Part shown: one piece after another, positions 11,455 to 21,064 of the stretch
How positions within the stretch are numbered: the stretch's first letter is position 1
How the letters are laid out: each line of letters begins with the position of its first letter
From: a bacterium
GTDB lineage: Bacteria; SAR324; NAC60-12
Assembly (NCBI GenBank): GCA_965233585.1
Contig: CBDDTI010000477.1
Span: 1-33,071 of the forward strand
Reading direction: 5' to 3'
DNA length: 33,071 nucleotides
Notes under the pieces: model-generated
The model's input: the letters and a program-made list of their open reading frames with translations, nothing else
The model's database searches: none
Told to the model about the DNA's origin: nothing
Translations under genes and position numbers: made by a program

Positions 11455-11890
11455 ACAAGCATGGCAAGAAATTCCATGCGTTCCAAGACGCTTTTGAGAT
11501 CAGAAATTTTTGAAGGCATGGTATTTTGAAAAATGTTCCCAGGGCATGCTGTTTTGAAAAACACTGATTTTCACCAAGTTTTTCCATCAAAATTTTCCCA
11601 AGGCACTTCTAAGATGTAAGAGCATGGTGTTTTGAGCAACAATAATTTTCTTCCAGGTTTGCTATCCAAGAGACTTCTAAGATGAGATTTTGTGAAGAGA
11701 AGGGTGTTTTGAAAAAAATGATTTGTCGATTTGTCCCAAATTTTTCTTTCTATCATATCTGTCCAAGAGACTTCAAAGATGGGAATCTTTGAAGAGCATG
11801 GTGATTTGAAAAAGGGTGGTTTCTCCCAGTTTTTTTCAATACTGTTCCAAGCGTCTTCTACAATGAAAATATTTCTCTGACTTATTCGAT
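11455..11890 (-). repeat. Inverted copy of the ~86-bp satellite including part of its leader
   Basis: The reverse complement of 11845-11892 is gatcgaataagtcagagaaatattttcattgtagaagacgcttggaac, matching 10051-10098. Confidence 0.85.
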
Positions 11891-14023
11891 CTTTGTGTGG
11901 GGTTCTTGTTTTTGATTCTGTATCCCGGGCTCCTCCGCCTTCCGCCTCCTCCCGCCGATACTCACATACCAGAACTTCACACACACTCACACACACAAAT
12001 TTAACATACAATAACTTCACACACACATACCATAACTTCGCACACACAAATTTAACATACTATAAATTCACACACACTCAGACAAACACACAACTTTGTC
12101 ACATACCATAACTTCACACACAAATTTAACATACAATAACTTCACACACACACACAGTCCCGTAGGTACGTTTGCACGGGTCCCGGGGAGGTGTCTTCGT
12201 TGGTCACCGACCCCCCCCGGGACCCCGGTGACCCCCTGCAAAATAAGAAGTTTTACATCTATTCAGATTGTACACACACACGCCCCACCGCGGCGGGGCA
12301 GATGAAATGAAAATGAAAGTGAGGTGACAATGAAAATGAAATGAACATTTCCTAACCAGGACGCGAAGAAGGGAACGCAAAAGAAGAGGGACAGAGAGAA
12401 CACCAACACGACACACCTGGCCCGGAACGGGCAAACCCTGAAAAGGCAAGGGAAAAGAAAAGCTGAGGCCGACGGGCAACGGAACAAGACTAGCGGAGGG
12501 GGGGAAGGACGGAAGCGCCTGAACCAACCTAACACGGCGAAAACCCACGCCTACCTCGGCACGCGCAGGACCCAACCTACCTAAAGAGAGGGGAACGCAG
12601 AAACACATGAGAAAGGGGGCCCATGGGGGACAGGTTAATAAAATGATGCAACCACAACGCATGCAAAAATCTTGATAAGGCTGAAAGGCCCTCGGTATTC
12701 ATTTCACAACCCTCTGGACAGCTTATGGGTTCAACCCCTGAATTACGTGCACAATTGAACCTCACCAACGACCATAAAAAGAAAGAATCACCACACCTGC
12801 AGGAATGTCCTGAAGCCTTCATGTCATGGTGAAATTGTCGAGCCCCGTACTCTCTTGGGCATCATTGAAAAAAAGGATGTTGTCGCGGCTTTCAGTAGGC
12901 TACTCTGGAAATGCAGTCACTCTGAAAAGGTGAGTCCCTGGTACAGCGGGCAGCTGTTGCAACACAACGACATCAACGAGTGAGACCAGGAAAGAAGGCC
13001 AGCAGTTCACATTACTCAGACGAATTACTAATTCAAAAGTAAATTCAGACATCGTTTTACTGTCCAGTGTTAGCCTAGAAAGGCTTTCCCTGAAAGGTTC
13101 CTGCCAACTTGACGTATGCAGCAGGAAAGACACACTTGCTCAAAAATATCTTATCGAATTACTGATGTGGAATACATCGGACGTGCAAAGAAAACTCAGT
13201 TAAACCTAACAGGAGAAATGAATATATATAAGGAACTTCCACAAAAGTTGGTGTTTTCAACATGTTTGGTGTTTTCAGATATTCCTGTAGCACGTGGGCA
13301 TGCGGCAACATGATCTTTTTAGCTGCAACAGGGACAAGTGTTCCAGATGTGTGATGGCGTTGAAAGTGTTCGAATGGGCTCATACTTTTACAGAAACTAT
13401 AGCATGTTGTGTGCTTTGAATTTTGAACATGTGTCAGTTGTAAGTTGTACTTAGACTTCAGAAAATTAAGCAACTCAAAGGAAATAGCGCAGAGATATGG
13501 CTTATCTGCGCAGAATATGAAGCACATTCAAACACATTCCTGTCGTTTCATTCCCGTCCGCAAAGAACCATCACTCCTCTATTAACAAGACAGTTGAACG
13601 TTACGCACTTTAAATATCTTAAACACTCTTGTGCTGTAATATGATTGTCCTTTTCCCTCCACAAATACTAGATCACTAACCCCTGCTGCTGCTGCTGCTG
13701 CCGCCGCTGCTGCTAAACTCAATTTGCTTTCATCCTGACATTCTTCCTTTCCAGAGGGGTTTTAACCAACCACTTCTTGGCCTCAACACCTTGCCCTGAA
13801 AAAAAATCCACCTTGCCAAGGTGCTAAACCTGATGTCTTTCTTGTTTTGAAGCTTGAATCTTCTCTCCCTTTCCCACATAATTTGATATTATATACTACA
13901 TCTGTCTACTCCAACTGGGTGACGCTGAAAAGGCACCGTCCAGAATAAGGACTTGAAGTGAGACATCATGACATCGTAGGAACAATATCTCTCCACTTTG
14001 TGGAATATCATTTAGTCCTCAAA

Positions 14024-14294
14024 GTGGAGAGCTCTTCCTAGAAGAGCTCTCCACCAGTACTTCAAAACATTCAAAGCCAGTACCAAATATCCCTAGCTTC
14101 GGTGATCCCAACCAACTTTGCACAGTAGCAACCAATGCTGCTGGAAAGGAAGGTGGAGAGCTCTTCCAAGAAGAGCTCTCCGCTTTGCAACCAACAGCAG
14201 GCATTCCAAAGTGGAGAGGGATTGGTCAACCGTGGCCAAAATCAAACTTGACACGGGGTAGGGGTGGAGAGCTCTTCCAGGAAGAGCTCGCCGT
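14024..14294. repeat. Three spaced ~31-bp palindromes GTGGAGAGCTCTTC-NNN-GAAGAGCTCTCC
   Basis: Copies at 14024-14054, 14153-14183 and 14264-14294, with different intervening sequences. Confidence 0.85.
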
Positions 14295-14304
14295 CCCCCC
14301 GAAA

Positions 14305-14458
14305 GGAATTTCTCGCCGCCCTCCAAACAACCGGAATACCTCGCCGCCCCCCTGTTGAAAATTCCTCGCCGCCCCCCGAACAACCGGAATACCTCGCCGC
14401 CCCCCTGTTGGAAATTCCTCGCCGCCCCCGAAACAACCGGAATTCCTCGCCGCCCCCT
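14305..14458 (+). repeat. Six-unit GC-rich tandem repeat (AATTCCTCGCCGCCCCCC) with two alternating linkers
   Basis: ctcgccgccc occurs six times, alternating with ..aacaaccgg.. and ..tgttg.. linkers. Confidence 0.85.
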
Positions 14459-15148
14459 TCTCAGAAAAAAATGCGGAAAACCCCGATGGCTTACCCTTGG
14501 AATCCTTTAGTGGCCCTTCGTATGGGAGAAGCTAACTGATGGCAGCCAAGTGCCCCTAATAGTCACTTTTGGACAGTTCGCAATTTCGCAAGAGTAAATA
14601 CTGACTATGCTTAGTTTATTCTTAAATAAGTGGCTATATTCCCTGACTACTGGAAGTCTAGCATTCTCTTGGCCTAGTAAGGTTTGGAACAATTGTCATT
14701 AAAATTCAAAATGCGCAAAAGATTTCGCACTGCTGCTGCAACACCCGGCCAAAACTGAAAACACAAAAGCTTTGAACATGGAGCCCCCTAAGAACTTCTT
14801 GCCATCGATCAGAATCATATAATCAACACATTCATGGTGGCACTACTTCCATGTTGGTTTTCAACAAAAATCATATCCTAAGCCAACCAATACCGAAAAC
14901 ACCAAAAGTGTTGAAAACACTAACTTTTGTGAAAGTTCCTTATATATATATATATAAATAAATATATATATATGGGACTATGGTGGCCACCAGCTGCGAT
15001 TTAAATGCGCCCAGGTGCACCACCACAGTCCCCGCAGGTACGTTTGCACGGGTCCCGGGGAGGTGTCTTCGTTGGTCACCGATCCCCCCTGGACCCCCGG
15101 TGACCACCTGCAAAAATAGAAGTTTTACATCTATTCAGATGGTAACAG

Positions 15149-16945
15149 TTTTGCATGGCAGGCATGGCCCAATCTCACATCCACTTTCGTTTTGCATGGC
15201 AGGCGTGGCACAATCTCACAGCTGCCTTCGTTTTGCGTGGCAGGCGTGGCGCTCATGGGCCTGGGTGGCGCGCTTGGGCCGGTTTTGTCACGGATGACGC
15301 CGCGGCACTTTGCGTGGCAGGTGTGGCAAAAATCTCAAACTTAACTGTTTTGCATGGCAGGCGTGGCGCAAGCTCACATCCACCTTCGTTTTACATGGCA
15401 GACGTGGCACAATCTCACATCCGCCTTCGTTTTCGCGGCAGGCGGCGTGCCGCTCATGGGACTGGGTGGCGCGCTTGGGCCGGTTTGGTCGCGGATGACG
15501 CCGCGGCACTTTGCGTGGAAGGCGTGGCGCACATCCACCTTCGTTCTGCATGGCAGGCGTGGCACAATCTCACATCCGCCTTTGTTTTGCGTGGCAGGCG
15601 TGCCACTCATGGGACTGGGTGGCGCGCTTGGGCCGGTTTGGTCGCGGATGACGCCGGTACTTTGCGTGGCAGGCGTGGCGCACTCTCACATCCACCGTCA
15701 TTTGCATGGCAGGCGTGGCGCAATCTCACATCCGCCGTCGTTTTGCATGGCAGGCCTGGCGCAATTTCACATCCGCCTTCGTTTTGCGTGGCCGGCGTGC
15801 CGCTCATGGGGCTGGGCGGCGCGCTTGGGCCGGTTTGGTCGCGGATGACGCCGCGGCACTTTGCGTGGCAGGCATGGCACAATCTCCCATCCACCGTCGT
15901 TGTGCAGGCGTGGCGCAATCTCACATCTGCCTTCGTTTTGCGTGGCAGGCGTGGCGCTGATGGGACTGGGTGGCGCGCTTGACTCTTTGTGGCACACTCT
16001 CACATCCACCTTCGTTTTGCATGGCCGGCGTGCACAATCTCACATCCGCCTTCGTTGTGCGTGGCAGGCGTGGCACTCATGGGACTGGGTGGCGCGCTTG
16101 GGCCGGTTTGGTCGCGGATGGCACCGCGGCACTTTGCGTGGCAGGCGTGGCGCACATCCACCTTCGTTTTGCATGGCAGGCGTGGCGCAATCTCACATCT
16201 GCCTTCGTTTTGCGTGGCAGGCGTGCCACTCATGGGACTGGGTGGCGCGCTTGGGCCGGTTTGGTCGCGGATGACGCCGAGGCATTTTGCGTGGCATGCG
16301 TGGCAGGCGTGGCGCAATCTCACATCCACCTTCGTTTCACCTGGCAGGTGTGGCGCAATCTCACGACCTTCGTTTTGCGTGGCAGGCGTGGCACTCATGG
16401 GACTTGGGCCGGTTTGGTCGTGGATGACGCCGCGGCACTTTGCGTGGCAGGCGTGGCACAATCTCACATCCACCTTCGTTTTGCGTGGCAGGCGTGGCGC
16501 AATCTCACATTCACCTTCGTTTTGCGTGGCACGCGTGGCACTCATGGGACTGGGTGGCGCGCTTGGGCCGGTTTGGTCGCGGATGACGCCGCGGCACTTT
16601 GCGTGGCAGGCGTGGCGCAATCTCACATCCACCTTCGTTTCACGTGGCAGGCGTGGCGCAATCTCACGTCCGTCTTCGTTTTGCCTGGCAGCCGGTTTGG
16701 TCGTGAGTGACGCCGCGGCACTTTGCGTGGCAGGCGTGGCACCATCTCACATCCACCTTCGTTTTGCGTGGCAAACATGGCGCAATCTTTCATCCACCTT
16801 CGTTTTACGTGCAGGGGTGGCACTCATGGGACTGGGCGGCGCACTTAGACTGGTTTGGTCGCGAATGACGCCGCGGCACTTTGCGTGGCAGGCGTGACGC
16901 AATCTCACATCCACCTTCGTTTTGCGTGGCAGGTGTGGCACTTAT
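15149..16945 (+). repeat. GC-rich composite minisatellite (TTGCGTGGCAGGCGTGGCGCAATCTCACATCCACCTTCG with a GGGACTGGGTGGCGCGCTTGGGCCGG subunit)
   Basis: Many copies of a ~40-45 bp subunit interleaved with a ~85 bp subunit; explains the AWQAW/RGRRG/VAGVA ORFs in all frames. Confidence 0.92.
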
Positions 16946-16957
16946 GGGGCGTGCTTG

Positions 16958-17040
16958 GCTCGCCTCCCGCCTCGTCTCCCGCCTCGCCCCCGCCTCGCCT
17001 CCCGCCTCGCCTCCCGCCTCGCCTCCCGCCTCGCGCCTCC
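16958..17040 (+). repeat. CCCGCCTCGCCT dodecamer repeat (G-rich on the minus strand)
   Basis: Direct reading of 16958-17040. Confidence 0.8.
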
Positions 17041-17239
17041 TTCCGCCCACCTTCACACTCTTTGACAACACACATTTTCTCAACACACACTTTGTCAACA
17101 CACACACATAAATGAATACATGCATCCATACTATCTTAAACACACAATTTTGTCACTCAGACTTCGTGTGCAGACAATGATCGTGTCGTTCTGTTTTGGT
17201 TGCTTTGGCTCAAGTAAAAAATTGCAGAAGATAGTGCGA

Positions 17240-18070
17240 CCTTGCTGGCATATTTCCTTGGACATGTTCTGGCTTTCGGCATGTTAACCTACTGGTGTCG
17301 TCGCCATGTTTTATGTTCTGGTACGTTTATTCCTTCGGCATGTATGGGGGTGTTTCAATATGTTCTGGTACGTTTATTCCTTCGGCATGTATGGGGGTGT
17401 TTCAATTTCTGCATGTTTGTTTCTATTCACATGTGCGGCCTTGCTGGCATGTTTAATTGGGTATGCTCTCTCTTCCGGAATGGTGTTGTCTTCGGGCATA
17501 TTAACCTACTGGTGTCGTCGCCATATTTAATGTTTCAGCAAATTTATTCCAACTACATATTTGGGCATCTTTGAATTTCTGGCATGTTTATTTCTATTCA
17601 CATTTGCGGTTTTGCTGGCATGTTTAAGTGGGCATGTTCTCTTTTCCGGAATGATACTGTCTTCTGGCATGTTAACCTACTGGTGTTGTCGCCGTCTTGG
17701 ATGTTCCGATTAATTTCTTCCTTCGGCATGTTTGGGCATGTTTGAATTTCTGGCATGATTATTTTCTTTTCATATTTGCGACCTTGCTGGCATGTTGAAT
17801 TGGGCATGTTCTCTCTTCCGGCATGGTACTGTCTTCCGGCATGTCAGTTTATTCCAACTGCATGTTTGGGCATCTTTGAATTTCTGACATGTTTATTTCT
17901 ATTCAGATTTGTGGCCTTACTGGCATGTTTAATTGGGCATGTTGTGTCTTCCGGCATGTTAACCTACTGGTGTCATCGCCATGTTTGATATTTCGGCGCA
18001 TTTATTCCTTCGGCATGTTTGGGCATGTTTGATTTTCTGGCATGTTTATCAGCTGTCATTTCTATGCACA
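17240..18070 (+). repeat. Diverged ~170-bp tandem repeat rich in GGCATGTT
   Basis: ccttgctggcatgtttaattggg variants at ~17439, 17610, 17782 and 17915; ttaacctactggtgt at ~17284, 17501, 17672 and 17959. Confidence 0.8.
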
Positions 18071-19377
18071 TTTGCGGCCAGGTGCTTCTCATTGTCTTTG
18101 TGGTCGCTACGACAGGCAGGGCCGAAGTGCTTTGGAGCAGCGCTGTGCAGCGCAGACGTGGCAACGCGTTGAAGCTTTTGGCGTGCAAACTATGATCATG
18201 CTGGTCAATTGTCCTGGCAGTGGCCCAACCAGGAATTGCTGACAACAACTGTAGCATGCATGGTAAATCAAAAACGGAGTTATCAGATTATCTTATTGCT
18301 GCTCTGGTTGCTTTGGCCCAACGTGGAAAGAAAAGACCGGGGCAGCGTAATTCTCCTTTGGTGACCTTCGCAATTCTCCTTTGGTGAGCTTCGCCCAAAG
18401 TGGAAAGAGGCCACCGAAGCAGACATTGCAGAGGACAGTTTCGCCACCACTATTGTTTCGTGAAGCTATGGCTGTGCAAAAACTTGCTAATGGTCCGGGG
18501 GTGCACGACATCTTGTGTAACGTTGTGTGGCACAGAACAAGCTTCTTGCGTGGAGAGTATCATGATATTCGTCAGTTTTGGTCGTGGTGGCCCGAATATT
18601 CTTTCGGCCTGCTTCTTTCCTGTCACAAATGCGGCCAGGTGCTGGTCTTGGTTGTGGGCCCTACCGCAGGGAGGGTCCAACTGCGCTTAAGAAACGCCGT
18701 GCAGCGCAGACATTGAGCAGACATTGAGATATCAGCATGCAGACTCTCATCACGTGGTTTTTTGGTCGCTTTTGGCTCAACTAGACGTGGCGGACAACAG
18801 CTCTAGCACGCATACCTACGCAATGACTGTTATAGGCAGTCAAGTTCATACCATTACAACCACAACTACAACTAGTCAGTCAAGTTAGATTGGCCAATTG
18901 CAAAGAAGTCATCGGATCATCTATTCCTGCTCTGGTCGTTTAGGAGGCCACAGGCGCGCGTTCTGTGGCGAATGTTGCCAAGCATGGTGCCGGTTGGCGT
19001 GCTCATTTAAAGGGTGCCGAAGTAGTAAACGGCCCTACCAGGCCATCCAAGGCAGCTGCAGATGTCAATGCCAGTGGACTTCAGGGTGCGCTGCAGATTT
19101 CTGCCAAAAGAGCTACAGTCTGTTGCTCAGCGGCTGCAGCAGGAGGCTGCTGATGTAGTCGCAAGAAGTAGCCGCGAAGCTCGGTGCTTTGGGATTACAG
19201 CGACAGCAGAAGAGGGCCAGACTGCGTGCGAAAAATGTCGCGGATGATTTCTGACCCTGAGCTGGCCCCGAAGCGTGTGCAGCTTTTGGTCTTTGCTTTT
19301 CAGGATGTGGAAGCATTAGCACCGCGCAGCCAAGGGTGCGTGGATGGTGGATTTGGGCTTTCACACTCGACTAGATT

Positions 19378-20030
19378 ATGGCTCTCGGCCCGCATGGACA
19401 AGCGGCTTGGAGCGCGGCACGGCATGTTGGCTTGAAGAATTTAGGGAACAGCTGCTGGCCCAATGCGGTGTTGCAATGTATTCGGTGGACTCGCTTGCTG
19501 TACAATGCTTCACGACTCCGTTGATGAAATGGGAAGAATCGATTCTGGGATCGTTGGTGCAAGATGTTTTACAGAAACGTGCAAGCGACGACAGGGATTA
19601 TGTTGCACCATTTGCTGTTCTCAATCAACTGTATGCAACCTACCAAGGAAAATTTCGACCTGGTGAGAGCGCAGATGCAGCAGAAGCTTGTCGCTTGTTG
19701 ATAGACCGGTGTGTCAACGGCAGTGATAATGTTCATTTACTGCCAACGATGTGAAGGCGCACCCATTTCAAAGGCATCAGCGGTGGCCACAAAAGCGGCG
19801 TCATTTCCTATGTCCACTGCTGCAGCGGAATCTCCGTCTGAACAGCGTCGTAAGAAGACGTCGTGACAGCATTGCACGGGAGAAGATTTTTTTCTGTAAT
19901 TATGATACACATCTTTCTGTACATATCATGAAATGGTTTGACGCAATGTGCAAAGAACCGTTTGATGCTGAGCAAAATTGGTTGTGTGTTTCTGAATATA
20001 AGGTGTGAAGAATCATTCTGGCCCGGAAAG
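19378..20030 (+). pseudogene. Frameshifted ubiquitin-specific protease (USP, peptidase C19) catalytic-domain fragment
   Basis: 19426-19479 translates as VGLKNLGNSCWPNAVLQC (USP Cys box). After a frameshift, the 19344 ORF frame gives ..FRPGESADAAEACRLLIDRC (QxDAxE-like box) at a typical distance. The 19751 ORF frame gives HLSVHI..EPFDAEQNWLC (finger-like). No His box seen. Confidence 0.75.
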
Positions 20031-21064
20031 CAACATTTCTTGATCCGCAATGAGTTAGGAGTAGCTTCCAGTAAGATTTCATTGGCTGCCCCACTCATGT
20101 TGTAGCAAAATCGCACGCATGAAGCCTCTTTGTGTTTGCTACTAGCTCAGGTGCCCATCCAGTGAGCTTCTTGGACGGAGGAAAGGCGCGTGTCGCATGG
20201 CCCGACAATGAGTCCACGAGTCTATGTCCTCAGGAGCAAGAGCTTTGACCCAATGTGGGAAAAAGCGTATGCAGATTCATCGCGAACCGACACCTATTTG
20301 AATGTCTATGATGCCTGTGTGTTTCTAAAATTTGTGGTTGGTTGACATATTTTGTCAGGTAATTTTTTGTATGTCATCATCGTCGGATTCCTGGCTGTAG
20401 GAAAGGCGTGGTTGTCACGTAGCACATCTCGTAGCACAGAAGATAATGGAATACCTCATTCAGCCGATTCCAGATCCGCAGTGCTCCCGGATGGAGAGCA
20501 GGTGACATTGCAGCGCTGGCCAAAAAAATGGTCTGCACTGTCGCGCACACAAATCATCTTTCATACGCCGCATCTTTCACACGCAACTTACATACATACA
20601 TACATGCATACATGCATACAAACAAAACGAAAAACCCCACAGGATGGCTCTCCTAGTAACGCCGGAAGATTAGCAGTTGATCCTGTCTATATGCCAGGTA
20701 TGATTACCAGCCACAGGGTATGCAGAAAGAGTTCGCAAAATTCGCGGCTGCGCCCGAAAGAGTGCAGAACATTACCTTGGTCAGCGGAAGTATGGTGAGC
20801 AGACCATCGCTTTGATAGCAGAGCCTGGTGGAACTCGAAGCAAGCGGAGCAACTTACTCACAAACAACCTACTCACAAACAACTTACTCTACATACAGAC
20901 ATACATACATAGATACATACATACATTACTATCTTTTCACACACTTTCTTGCTTTGTCACACACCCTCTTTCACATTCTACTTTAACACACACAACTGTT
21001 TTAACTTCTTTGAAGCTCATTATTGGAAGAAGTTGACTTGTGGGGTTATCCGTTCCTTTAATTT

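Larger units (their letters stand above)
12154..15140. mobile_element. ~3 kb segment bounded by ~115-bp structured direct repeats (LTR-like, or two solo mini-elements)
   Basis: 12154-12268 and 15025-15140 are near-identical (acagtccc..ggtacgtttgcacgggtcccggggaggtgtcttcgttggtcaccga..gaagttttacatctattcagat). No recognisable coding domain inside. Confidence 0.6.
11891..21062 (+). mobile_element. Putative ~9.2 kb composite non-autonomous element with nested insertions and cargo
   Basis: Left terminus ctttgtgtggggttcttgtttttgattctgtatcccgg and right terminus gaagttgacttgtggggttatccgttcctttaa share TGTGGGGTT. Both flanks are minus-orientation 86-bp satellite. AC-rich tracts occur at 11960-12155, 17050-17160, 20545-20620 and 20850-21000. 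Confidence 0.5.

Noticed and set aside
12154..12268. Hammerhead or HDV-like ribozyme
   Set aside because: No CUGANGA/GAAA core and no P3/L3 element found by eye on either strand; only generic pseudoknot potential is reported.
14024..14294. CRISPR array
   Set aside because: Only three repeats, spacers too long and unequal (~100 and ~80 bp), no cas genes, eukaryotic context; kept only as a palindromic repeat cluster.
12270..15020. Autonomous LTR retrotransposon interior
   Set aside because: No gag, RT, integrase or tyrosine-recombinase motifs seen; the repeats lack TG..CA ends and a clear primer-binding site.
15155..16941. Long ORFs of 200-300 aa (AWQAW/RGRRG/VAGVA)
   Set aside because: Open in several frames on both strands because the GC-rich minisatellite lacks stop codons; no domain content.
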